Part shown: positions 1 through 8,286 of the stretch, one piece after another
Layout: each line of letters opens with the position of its first letter
Numbering within the stretch: the first letter of the stretch is position 1
Source of the DNA: an uncultured bacterium
GTDB lineage: Bacteria; Desulfobacterota; JADFVX01
NCBI GenBank assembly: GCA_965372635.1
Contig: CBDVDA010000003.1
Coordinates: forward strand, 1-47,953
Length of the DNA: 47,953 nucleotides
Direction: 5' to 3'
The notes under the pieces: model-generated
The model's input: only the letters and a program-made list of their open reading frames with translations
The model's database searches: none
What the model was told of the DNA's origin: nothing
Translations under genes and position numbers: made by a program

Positions 1-2
1 TG

Positions 3-1586
3 TCCGACAACGCCACCTATTACTGGCGGGCGCGGGCAACGGACGGATACCTGAACAGCGCCTATACAAATTATACGGCGGCGTTCTTCATTAATACCGG
101 CAACGACCCGCCAACCACTCCGGGCATCAGTTCCCCAACGCCCGGATCGCGCGTCTCCACCAGCACGCCCACACTTGAAGTGACGAATTCAACCGATCCG
201 GACAACGATGCGATTACCTACCGGTTTGACGTCTCCGATGCAAGCAATTTCAGCAGCATCATGACAAACATCTCGGGCATCGTTGAAAACATAGCCGGAG
301 CCACGAGCTGGACAGTGGGCGTGCCGCTTAACGACAATACAGACTACTGGTGGCGGGTGAGAGCAAAGGACCCCTTGGGCGCTTTCAGCACATGGACCTC
401 CGCCGTATTTACCGTATTCACCTCCAACAATGCGCCAACAGCGCCCGGATTTTTCGCACCGTCGCCTATTTTCGATGTAACGACTACGCTGCCAACCCTC
501 ATTGTGACCAATTCGACAGACAATGACGGCGACCCGCTCTCCTACTACTTCATTGCCGATACGGTACCCACCTTCAACAGCGGCGGCGCAACATGGGCAA
601 CCGTAACTGAAGGCGGCTCAGGGCAAACAAATTGGGCCATGACTCAACCTCTCCAGGACAATACTCGCTATTACTGGAAGGCGAGGGCAAACGACGGCTG
701 GACGGACGGACCGTGGATGAGCCCCACAGCCGGCTTCTTCGTAAACAGGGCCAACGATCTCCCCGGCGCACCATCCATCGTCTCACCGACAAGCGGAGGA
801 AGCGTGACCACAACCGTTCCCACCCTCGAAATCGGCGCCGCCATCGACGTGGACAACGACTCACTCACCTACGAATTTGCCGTCTACAGCAGCACCAACA
901 CGGCAGCTACCTTGCTCAACAGCGGCTCACTTCCGGGAACAACGTGGAAGGTCACCTCCACACTGACTCCGCTGTCCACGTATTGGTGGCGTGCACGAGC
1001 CACCGACGAACATGGCGCCGTTGGCCCCTGGTCGTCACTGGTGTCCTTCTTCGTCAACACCTTCGGGAACACACCGCCAAGAGCGCCTGCGCCCTTCTCT
1101 CCCGTCGATGAAGAGAAGGTTCCCTCATCGACCAGCCCAACGCTCACAGTGGTGAACGCAAACGATGTCGATCTCGATGCGCTCACCTATGAATTCGAAG
1201 TCTATGACAACAGAAACCTGTCCGGAGCGCCTATTGCCCAGATCACAGCCGTTCCTGAACAAATATCGCTTACATCTCAAACCCTGTTCAGCGTTCCACT
1301 TCAAAACGACACTGTTTACTATTGGCGCGCCAGGGCCTTCGATAACGCCAGTTGGGGAGGCTGGTCGAGAACGGCCGTCTTCGTCGTCTCCGATCTCGGC
1401 ACGATTACAGGTGATATCGATTACAGCGGAAAGGTAGACGGTTACGATTTAGGACTCTTTGGCATGGCCTTCGGCTCCACACTTGGAGACAGCGCCTTCA
1501 ACCCCTTTGCCGATCTGAACGACGACGGGATCATCGACGGTTCCGACCTTGCCCTTTTTGCTGAAAACTTCGGGAGATACAGATGA
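3..1586 (+). CDS. Large surface protein, 5'-truncated by the window: tandem ~105-aa FN3/Ig-like repeats plus C-terminal dockerin domain
   Basis: Frame is open from nt 3 (SDNATYYWRARATDG...). Repeating unit PxAP..SP...PTL.V.N..D.D.D.LTY.F...YYWRARA.D. C-terminal twin Ca-binding motifs GDIDYSGKVDGYDL / ADLNDDGIIDGSDL. Confidence 0.85.
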   Translation, partial: SDNATYYWRARATDGYLNSAYTNYTAAFFINTGNDPPTTPGISSPTPGSRVSTSTPTLEVTNSTDPDNDAITYRFDVSDASNFSSIMTNISGIVENIAGATSWTVGVPLNDNTDYWWRVRAKDPLGAFSTWTSAVFTVFTSNNAPTAPGFFAPSPIFDVTTTLPTLIVTNSTDNDGDPLSYYFIADTVPTFNSGGATWATVTEGGSGQTNWAMTQPLQDNTRYYWKARANDGWTDGPWMSPTAGFFVNRANDLPGAPSIVSPTSGGSVTTTVPTLEIGAAIDVDNDSLTYEFAVYSSTNTAATLLNSGSLPGTTWKVTSTLTPLSTYWWRARATDEHGAVGPWSSLVSFFVNTFGNTPPRAPAPFSPVDEEKVPSSTSPTLTVVNANDVDLDALTYEFEVYDNRNLSGAPIAQITAVPEQISLTSQTLFSVPLQNDTVYYWRARAFDNASWGGWSRTAVFVVSDLGTITGDIDYSGKVDGYDLGLFGMAFGSTLGDSAFNPFADLNDDGIIDGSDLALFAENFGRYR

Positions 1587-2161
1587 TGAGAATGATAATA
1601 AAAAAAGCAGCCTTTCTTCACTTTTTTCTGCTCATAGTCCCGCTTTCTCTCATTTCATGCGGCGGCAGTGGAGGTTCATCACCTGCAGGTCCGGTAATAT
1701 CAAAGCTGAACGCCCAATTCACGCCTTCGGCGCCAAGCCCGCCCTCTAACAGCGTAACCCTGCAAAAAGAGTCCCTCTCCAAAAGTATCGTATACATAAA
1801 GATCCTCGCCACACAGGTGACCGGCGTCTACGACGCAACTTTTTCACTCGACTATGACAGCACAAAGGTTAAATGGACGGGGCAGCAATTTTCAGGAGGC
1901 TTCTTCGAAACAAGCGCCGTTCCGCTCTATGCCGTCGCACTGGATGGCGGTGTTGGAGAGGGAAGACTTGTTGTTGGCGTCACCTTGACAGGAGGGGCCA
2001 CTCCTGTCAGCGGAGACGGCGTAATCATAACCATCCCTTTCCAGGTGATAAAGGCGGGAACATCATCCATCGATTTTGACGTTAATGCTGCCCTTTACGA
2101 CAACACCCTAACGGCAATTGCCGGCCCCACCTGGAGCGGCGGGGACATAACAGGATCATAA
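1583..2161 (+). CDS. Lipoprotein with cohesin-like beta-sandwich domain
   Basis: Lipobox LISC followed by a Gly/Ser/Pro linker. Cohesin-like pattern ATFSLDYDSTKVKW...GRLVVGV...VSGDGVIITIPFQVIKAGTSSIDF. ATGA overlap with the dockerin gene. Confidence 0.75.
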   Translation: MMRMIIKKAAFLHFFLLIVPLSLISCGGSGGSSPAGPVISKLNAQFTPSAPSPPSNSVTLQKESLSKSIVYIKILATQVTGVYDATFSLDYDSTKVKWTGQQFSGGFFETSAVPLYAVALDGGVGEGRLVVGVTLTGGATPVSGDGVIITIPFQVIKAGTSSIDFDVNAALYDNTLTAIAGPTWSGGDITGS

Positions 2162-2274
2162 CCGGCAGTTCAAGAAGCTCGCGGCCTGCCAAAATCGTTG
2201 GCGGCTTCAACCCTTTTTCCCAAGACAACGGAACCCCTGCAAGCCGCTCTCAGCAACAGCACTGCGTTGCCTCC

Positions 2275-2313
2275 CGTTACAACCCGACGTTACAACCCGA
2301 CGTTACAACCCGA
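2275..2313 (+). repeat. Perfect tandem repeat (CGTTACAACCCGA)x3
   Basis: Three exact 13-nt copies read directly, ending 5 nt before a -35 box. Confidence 0.9.
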
Positions 2314-2318
2314 CTTCA

Positions 2319-2347
2319 TTGACTAAAGCACCAACTTTCTATATAGT
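2319..2347 (+). promoter_or_regulatory. Sigma70-type promoter of the 2385-5360 operon
   Basis: TTGACT-17 nt-TATAGT. Confidence 0.7.
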
Positions 2348-2384
2348 AACAGCATAAACTTTCGGCTTTTCACTCTCTAAACTT

Positions 2385-2792
2385 ATGAAAATATTCCTTC
2401 GCAAATTCCTCATTACAGTCAACTATCTCGCCCTCGCTTTTCTCGTCTGGTCGGCATGGATCGGCTACCAGATCAAGCGGGGCGACAAATTCGAATACCA
2501 CTTCAACGTCTCCATGGTGTCCCTGGCACTCACCATGATCGGCCATTTCGGATCGGCCATCTTTCTAAACGTCGCCACAGGCATCAAGAGTCATTATAAA
2601 ACTTCGCTCATCGTTCTTAATTATTTTGCCTCCTTCTGGTATATCTGGGCCACTTATGTCGGTTTTTTAATCAGGCAGGGCGAGCCCTTCCAGTATCATT
2701 TGGCCGTTTCCATCGCTTCATTCTTTTTTTCGCTCTTCGCCCACCTGCTGAGCAACCTTTACTTTATCCTGAAAGACAAGGAATTTTCCTGA
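2385..2792 (+). CDS. 4-TM membrane protein with internal duplication and two His-x14-His helices (possible di-haem b protein)
   Basis: Two homologous halves NY...G..I..G..F.YH..VS..S......H..S; hydrophobic throughout. Confidence 0.7.
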   Translation: MKIFLRKFLITVNYLALAFLVWSAWIGYQIKRGDKFEYHFNVSMVSLALTMIGHFGSAIFLNVATGIKSHYKTSLIVLNYFASFWYIWATYVGFLIRQGEPFQYHLAVSIASFFFSLFAHLLSNLYFILKDKEFS

Positions 2793-2819
2793 CTGAAAGG
2801 TGTCTAAGCGGGATAAGTC

Positions 2820-3818
2820 ATGAAGAAATTCGCCGTCATACTCACCGTCATCGCCGCAATCTTCTCCGTTTTTCTCGGAATATATATCTACCGGAAGGTG
2901 CAGGAGCAACTCGAAGTTCAGGCCAAGTGCCCTCCCACCGTGACGGGCATCAAATCCATTCCTTTTGAATTGGCCATAAAGACGATTGTTAAGAATATCC
3001 CGAAGGGATCCAAACGGCTCGACCTCTGGATGCCCTATCCGAAAAGCAGGAAGGCGCAGGGAATTACGAACGTATCTGTGAAGAGTCCTTACCCGGTGGA
3101 AGTCAATCATGATTTGGAGTACGGCAACGCCATCCTCCACATCGGAATCGACAATCCAAAGGATGACTTTAATGTTGAGATGTCTATCAGCGCCGTCCGG
3201 GAAGAGTCGGTATCGGTCCGTTTCATCGAGGAGCATTCGAGAGACTTCATCAACAACGGGGATTACGATGTCTACCTGAAAGAGGACAGTGCAGGAAAGG
3301 TGACGCCCGAACTCGTTGAAATTTTCAAAAAGGAAACGGCGGAAAAAGAATTGACCATCGATAAAGCGAAGGCCGTCTACAACTTTGTCATGGCTTCCTA
3401 CGAAAAGGATTTTGAAAACAAATACCTGCCGGAGGCTGGAAGGTGCGTCGAGATCAACACCCTCTACGGTGCAATCCTCAGGGCCGGGAAGATACCGGTC
3501 CGGTTCGTCAACGGGTTCACCTTTAAAGATATGGACGAAGGTCCCCTCAGCGATTACGGCTGTAGGAGTGAATTCTACGCGTCAGGCTACGGCTGGATCC
3601 CCGTCGATCTCGAATCGGGGAAGAAATTCCCCGACGACCGGGCGCTCTACTTCGGCAACCTCGACCAGAACCGCATCGAACTGGCAGACGGGCGCGACAT
3701 CAAGCTCGTACCGCCCCAGAAGGGGGAGCCCATTGACGTTTTCATCTACCCCTACGCCGAACTTGACGGAAAGGTTTTTCAGGTAGGGAAAGAGATTAGC
3801 TGGAAAAAAGAACTTTGA
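2820..3818 (+). CDS. Transglutaminase-like domain protein with N-terminal membrane anchor
   Basis: LWMPYP, GRCVEINTLYGAILRAGKIPVRFVNG and EFYASGYGWIPVD motifs. Confidence 0.85.
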   Translation: MKKFAVILTVIAAIFSVFLGIYIYRKVQEQLEVQAKCPPTVTGIKSIPFELAIKTIVKNIPKGSKRLDLWMPYPKSRKAQGITNVSVKSPYPVEVNHDLEYGNAILHIGIDNPKDDFNVEMSISAVREESVSVRFIEEHSRDFINNGDYDVYLKEDSAGKVTPELVEIFKKETAEKELTIDKAKAVYNFVMASYEKDFENKYLPEAGRCVEINTLYGAILRAGKIPVRFVNGFTFKDMDEGPLSDYGCRSEFYASGYGWIPVDLESGKKFPDDRALYFGNLDQNRIELADGRDIKLVPPQKGEPIDVFIYPYAELDGKVFQVGKEISWKKEL

Positions 3819-3859
3819 CAAAAGCAGGTCAAGAGCCTGCTAAACAAGGAGTACGATTT

Positions 3860-4351
3860 ATGCATAACCGTAACCATGCCATCTTCCTTCTATGTTTTGT
3901 CTTCTCCCTGCTCTCCTGCGGGCAGATCGAAATTGAAGGAAAAGAGGCGCCCCAGTTCACCGTCAGCAAAATCGATGGCGGGGAGATATCCCTATCCGAG
4001 ATGAAAGGCAAACCGGTGATGCTCTACTGGTTTGCCGGATGGTGAATGCGCTGTAAAGAAGAACTCCCTCTGGTCGAGAGGGTGCAGAAAAAATTTGAAG
4101 AAGAAGGGCTCGTCGTACTCGCCATGGGATTCCAGGATACCCGTGCGAATATCGAAGAGGATGTTGAAAACCTGAAGCTGAAACACATCACCTTCGGTTA
4201 CGACGAGGGAGACAAGGTGGCTAAAAAGTACGGGATCACCTACGTGGCCGCCTCGGTTTTCATCAATAAAAAAGGGGTCGTTTCAAGGCGGCTCACCACC
4301 GGATTCAACGAACCACAGCTTCTAAAGGAGATATACAGGATCGTCAACTAG
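3860..4351 (+). CDS. TlpA/ResA-like thioredoxin-fold lipoprotein, selenoprotein (U62, W-U-M-R-C)
   Basis: Track ORFs 3815-4045 and 4046-4351 are in one frame, split only by TGA 4043-4045 at the first-Cys position of WCxxC (KGKPVMLYWFAGW-U-MRCKEELP). RBS AGGAG, lipobox LLSC, downstream hairpin. Confidence 0.9.
4066..4082 (+). promoter_or_regulatory. Putative bacterial SECIS hairpin
   Basis: CCCTCT-GGTCG-AGAGGG, 20 nt 3' of the UGA, with a G-starting loop. Confidence 0.7.
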
Positions 4352-4419
4352 GAGGGGGGAGTTCCTCCCCTTCTATTCCTCCCCGGCCGAAATGTTTCCC
4401 ATACGAGATTAAAGAAGGT

Positions 4420-4923
4420 ATGTCGAAGCCGTGTAGCTCAACCCCCTGCCCTCCCAAAAATAACCGCTGGCTCATCCCCCTCGCGGCAGGCGCCGCCGTG
4501 GGCGGTCTTAATCTGGCGCATTATTTATTGACCATCTCCATTCCCGATACGGTCCGTTTCGGCATCTTCCCCGGCGGTTCCGTCCTTCTCGCCCCCATGT
4601 GGCTCACGGGAAAACTGACGCCTCAATTCAAGGCAATTGTTATCCTCGGCGCGGGGATTGTTTTCGGCTCCTTCATCGTTTCCGTCATTACAGGAAAGCT
4701 TTCTCTTAAAAGTTTCCGGGAATCAAAATTGCAAAAAAGCGTCCTCTGGAAAGCAATCCTCGGCGGATTCCTCATGGGCTTCGGCCTGCTCTTAAGCGAA
4801 GGCTGCCTCATCCGCCACACTCTGACCGGTCTCCCCACGCTGCAACTGAGCAGCATACTCTCCGTCGCCGGGATGGTGATCGGCATGTGGGGCGGCATCA
4901 AGCTCATGGCGAGGCTGAAATGA
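4420..4923 (+). CDS. YeeE/YedE family (sulfur/selenium compound transporter) half-size membrane protein
   Basis: ILGGFLMGFGLLLSEGC motif resembles the YeeE GG.L.G.G..LAGGC signature; multiple TM segments. Confidence 0.75.
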   Translation: MSKPCSSTPCPPKNNRWLIPLAAGAAVGGLNLAHYLLTISIPDTVRFGIFPGGSVLLAPMWLTGKLTPQFKAIVILGAGIVFGSFIVSVITGKLSLKSFRESKLQKSVLWKAILGGFLMGFGLLLSEGCLIRHTLTGLPTLQLSSILSVAGMVIGMWGGIKLMARLK

Positions 4924-5360
4924 CGGTTACCTACGCAGCCATATTCATTATCGGCATCGCCATCGGCATGGTGGCCCAAAAGTATAACTTCTGTCTGAAA
5001 GGGGCCTTTGCCGATCTCGTCACCTCGGGCTCAACGGTCCGGCTTGCAAGCGTCGGCATGGCCATTCTCGTCTTCTCACTCGCCTGGCTGGCAACCGACG
5101 TCACCCTCCCAACAGAGTATCCCGGCGCACGCCACTTCATCGGCGGCGTCATACAGGGGGTGGGTTATATCCTCGCCGCAGGCTGCCCTCTCGCCCTGCT
5201 CGTTAGAACAGGACAGGGGAGCAAGTTCCACTTCACCGTTATCCCCGCCTTTCTCCTCGGCGCTGCCATCTTTAGCGCCCTCAAGGGAACCCTTCTCCCC
5301 CTCCTCCTCTCCTCCTTTCAATATCAAAGCGCCGTTTCTCTTGTCGATCTTTTTAAATAA
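4920..5360 (+). CDS. YeeE/YedE family half-size membrane protein (partner)
   Basis: Start MTVTY overlaps the upstream stop (ATGA). Motifs G...QKYNFC and IGGVIQGVGYILAAGC. Confidence 0.75.
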   Translation: MTVTYAAIFIIGIAIGMVAQKYNFCLKGAFADLVTSGSTVRLASVGMAILVFSLAWLATDVTLPTEYPGARHFIGGVIQGVGYILAAGCPLALLVRTGQGSKFHFTVIPAFLLGAAIFSALKGTLLPLLLSSFQYQSAVSLVDLFK

Positions 5361-5395
5361 ATGACCCCATAGCATGCTGACAAGGCATTTGGTTT

Positions 5396-5462
5396 TCATT
5401 CCGAGCTCGACCCGGAATCCAGGATTTAGATATGACTGGATTCCCGCTTTCGCGGGAATGAC
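5396..5462. repeat. Palindromic intergenic repeat (CATTCCG...CGGAAT / GGATTCCCGC..GCGGGAATGAC family)
   Basis: Two adjacent inverted repeats. Related copies near 17131, 20629, 23321 and 25177. Confidence 0.7.
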
Positions 5463-5664
5463 AAGATGAAGTAAATAGGTGCAAATGCAACTTTATAAGG
5501 TTCAAGATTTACTTGACAAGGATGGTTTTCACGGGTCAAATAGAAAAAATGTAGATAATTATAAATGATATAGTTTGACTGTGGCACAGCAGTGCAGAAG
5601 AATGGGAATAACCCAAACCTACTGATCTGACTCTACATTAGAGTTATGCAATGATGAATGTACC

Positions 5665-6432
5665 ATGTTAATGACTGTAGACGAGATTAGGGTACAACTT
5701 TCTCCAAACTTACAGAAGCTTTTAAATGATATTCTGTCAGAGGCCAACGATTCGCGTCCACTTATGTTTGGCGATGAACAAGAATTTAAGACTATAAAGG
5801 GCATACCTTTCCCAGAAGAAACCAACGCATGTTTCAATCCATTTTTAGATCGATTTATTATTTTCTTAAAAGATATTGATAAAATAGGTCTGAAAGAGCA
5901 GCATGATATTGCTCATGAACTGGGTCACCTATGGGTGCTAATACTTGGCCTGCCGCCAGAAAAGAAAAGTACTGACAGGGATAGACAAGCGAGTTGGGAT
6001 ACTTTCTTTTCGCCTTTACGAGATATTATGGAACACGCAGCATATTACCCTTCAATAAAAGATAAATATCAGATTGACTTGTACAAAATAGGTAATGAAA
6101 GATTGGTTAATTTCATTACGATTCAATTGCCCAACTTAAGAAATGAATCTACGCCAGAAAAGTTACTATTAATACTGAACTACCTCAAATACAAAGTAGA
6201 GGCTGACGATAATTATTGGCTGGAGAGATTACACAAAACCTATTCTAAAATAGCGTTGGATGTAATAACCGTGGCAGATAATTTGTTACCCCTTGTTCAG
6301 AAACTCGCAAATACAAAGGATGCACAAATTTTCGTATCACAATACCGAAAGGTATTAGAAAATTTAAATGCCCATTTTGGTATGCCAGTGGAGCCTTGGC
6401 CAACTTTTGTAACTGGCAAGCCAAACCAATAG
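5665..6432 (+). CDS. AT-rich hypothetical protein with HExxH motif (possible zinc metallopeptidase, ImmA/IrrE-like)
   Basis: IAHELGHL motif; visibly more AT-rich than flanking genes. Confidence 0.65.
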   Translation: MLMTVDEIRVQLSPNLQKLLNDILSEANDSRPLMFGDEQEFKTIKGIPFPEETNACFNPFLDRFIIFLKDIDKIGLKEQHDIAHELGHLWVLILGLPPEKKSTDRDRQASWDTFFSPLRDIMEHAAYYPSIKDKYQIDLYKIGNERLVNFITIQLPNLRNESTPEKLLLILNYLKYKVEADDNYWLERLHKTYSKIALDVITVADNLLPLVQKLANTKDAQIFVSQYRKVLENLNAHFGMPVEPWPTFVTGKPNQ

Positions 6433-6522
6433 CTGAAAGGCGTTGCCGGAATGAATGCAATCATGCAACGTAATACGCTACGCTATTATGGCTGCGACAG
6501 CTAGCTACATTTACAACCAAAT

Positions 6523-6551
6523 AAAAAAGGGACGGCTTTTCAACCGTCCCT
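6523..6551 (-). terminator. Intrinsic terminator after the Cys-rich peptide gene
   Basis: AGGGACGG/CCGTCCCT stem followed by a T-run on the minus strand. Confidence 0.65.
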
Positions 6552-6601
6552 GTCTAAAAATCATTCAACCTCTCCCACAATGCACGGCGTCAGAAAAAGC
6601 C

Positions 6602-6742
6602 CTACTTATCTTCCTTCAACGTCATCGGCTTACCGCAGCAGGTGGGTGCGCAATTGTCACATGTGCCGCACGCCTTAACAACCTTCAGTTCCACACCGCA
6701 ATTCTCGCAACAGAGTACTTGGCCTTCTTTTACAGGTTCCAT
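6602..6742 (-). CDS. Small Cys-rich desulforedoxin-like protein (46 aa), absent from the ORF track
   Basis: MEPVKEGQVLCCENCGVELKVVKACGTCDNCAPTCCGKPMTLKEDK. RBS GGAGGAGG, CxxCG...CCGKPM desulforedoxin-type motif, paralog at 14183-14347. Confidence 0.85.
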   Translation of the reverse strand: MEPVKEGQVLCCENCGVELKVVKACGTCDNCAPTCCGKPMTLKEDK

Positions 6743-6797
6743 AAATTACCTCCTCCCGGCTCAACGCCATGCTTTAATGGTTTAACCCTCACTATTA

Positions 6798-6826
6798 ATT
6801 AAAGCACAGAAAGAAGAGAATTTCAA
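6798..6826 (-). promoter_or_regulatory. Sigma70 promoter of Cys-rich peptide 1
   Basis: TTGAAA-17 nt-TTTAAT with extended -10 TG; nearly identical to 14382-14410. Confidence 0.7.
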
Positions 6827-7560
6827 ATCGCTTTTTTCACCGCCTTAAAAAGAGCGCCAACGGTATAGCGGGAGGTGCTGAAAGGAGTCTCCCCCTCATA
6901 CAGAACGGTAGTAAAACCGACCTCTTCCAGCAACTCGGTCAGGTCCCGCACGGGAACCGCTCCGCCTATTCATTGCGACCACGCTTCGAGGCTGCCGATC
7001 ATCTCCTCAGGCAGGTCGCCTTTGAGGACGAGATCGGCAAATTGGAGGCATCCGCCTCTTTTCAAGGCACGGAAGATTTCACCGAAAGCGCGTTTTTTGT
7101 CGGGGATTAGATTGAAAGCGCCGTTTGAGATGACGACGTCGAAAGTCTCGTCGATGAAGGGGAGCGCCTCCACGTCGGAAAGGACGACGGCGCTATTGCG
7201 GGCCGATGCGCTCTCAAGGTTCATCTTCGCCCGCCTCGCCGCCTCGGGCGTGAGATCAACGCCGCAGGCAAAACCGTCTGCACCGGTGAGTCGGCTCGCA
7301 CGGGCGAGATCGAGCCCTCCCCCGCAGCCTACGTCGAGAACAGCCTCCCCCGGCGTAATATTTCCAAGAGAAAAGGGATTACCCACACCGCAAAAGGTTT
7401 TCACCATACCATCGGGCAGGCGCTCCAAAAGTTCAGCGCCGTAACCAAGCCGTTCAGCCCCCTCGCGCCCTGTGGGATAGCCGAAATCCGCCTCACCAGT
7501 TTGAATGAAACGGGAGTATGCCCGCCGAACGGCTTTTTTTATCTTCTCGGGTGAATTCAT
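6823..7560 (-). CDS. ArsM-like SAM-dependent methyltransferase, selenoprotein (U197)
   Basis: FCGVGNP, VLDVGCGGG and FDVVISNG motifs. TGA 6970-6972 lies in AWSQ-U-IGGAVP, the position of the ArsM W..CI.GA cysteine. Frame continues 48 residues (...LLEEVGF...ALFKAVKKAI). Confidence 0.85.
6942..6958 (-). promoter_or_regulatory. Putative SECIS hairpin of the methyltransferase
   Basis: mRNA GGUUCCC-GUGC-GGGACC beginning 11 nt after the UGA. Confidence 0.6.
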
Positions 7561-7580
7561 CGCTTGCCCACGCTTGATTG

Positions 7581-7610
7581 AATATACCTCTCTTTAGAAG
7601 CGGCGGTCAA
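7581..7610 (-). promoter_or_regulatory. Possible sigma70 promoter of the methyltransferase
   Basis: TTGACC-18 nt-TATATT. Confidence 0.45.
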
Positions 7611-7616
7611 TGGAAA

Positions 7617-7731
7617 CCCATCCCCACCTGTCCTCCATTAAAAGAGGAGAGCCCTAATCCCCCTCGTTCCCCCTTTGCTAAAGGGGGAGGTTCAGTTCCC
7701 CTCTTTATCAAAGAGGGGTTAGGGGAGATTT
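7617..7731. repeat. GC-rich palindromic repeat cluster (CCCCTTT..AAAGGGG family)
   Basis: Several CCCCT..AGGGG hairpins. Near-identical block at 17186-17263; related blocks at 22532-22655, 23071-23152 and 38550-38613. Confidence 0.75.
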
Positions 7732-7744
7732 GAATACTTCCCTC

Positions 7745-8248
7745 TCAGTTCGGCAGAATCTTCTCGATCTCCTTCTCCAGGTCTTCCTCACCAAAACCAC
7801 CAAGGAACCGTCCCCGAACGATCCCCTGCGGGTCGATGAATATTGCGCCCGCCCCAAAGGTAATGCCGTAGCTCTTTGCAATCTCATCCCCCTCGTCGAA
7901 ACCGACAGGCCACTTCAATCCCCAGCCCTCCACATACTTGGCAAACTTTTCCTTATCGTCCTGAATGCCCATGCCGATCAGATGCAGCCCCTTGTCTCTA
8001 TACTTCTTTTCTACCCCCTGCACGAGGGGGATTTCATCCTTGCAGCGCCATCACCAGCTTGCGAAGAAATAGAGCATTACCGACTTGCCCTTTAGATCGT
8101 TGCTGTCTATCTGCCCGCCGTTTAAAAGGTTCAACGTAAAGGGTGGAGCCTCTTTCCCCACGAGAGAAGCGGGTTTTTGATAATAGGCGAGTGTAGCCAA
8201 TAATGCCGTGACGGCGACGAGTGACAGAGGGAGGGCAAACTTTTTCAC
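7745..8248 (-). CDS. TlpA/ResA-like thioredoxin-fold protein, selenoprotein (U66, W-U-W-R-C)
   Basis: Track ORFs 8051-8248 and 7745-8023 are one frame split by TGA 8051-8053 (MLYFFASW-U-WRCKDEIPLV). Paralog of 3860-4351 with an N-terminal signal/anchor. Confidence 0.9.
8014..8030 (-). promoter_or_regulatory. Putative SECIS hairpin
   Basis: CCCCCU-CGUGC-AGGGGG, exactly 20 nt after the UGA as in the paralog, with a compensatory stem change. Confidence 0.7.
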
Positions 8249-8286
8249 ATCAGGTGAAAGCCGTCAATAAAGAGGCATGTAGTATT

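Noticed and set aside
2275-2313. Possible CRISPR array
   Set aside because: 13-nt units with no spacers; no cas genes or repeat-spacer arrays seen in the window.
2790-2807. TGA ending the 135-aa membrane protein as possible Sec
   Set aside because: Read-through adds only LKGV, with no redox motif or convincing hairpin.
3816-3818. TGA ending the transglutaminase-like gene as possible Sec
   Set aside because: The domain is complete, and read-through would overlap the TlpA gene out of frame.
4921-4923. TGA between the two YeeE halves as a recoding site
   Set aside because: Ordinary ATGA stop/start overlap; the halves are in different frames.
6455-6802. 115-aa plus-strand ORF in the track
   Set aside because: Antisense shadow of the Cys-rich peptide gene, which has an RBS, promoter, terminator and paralog.
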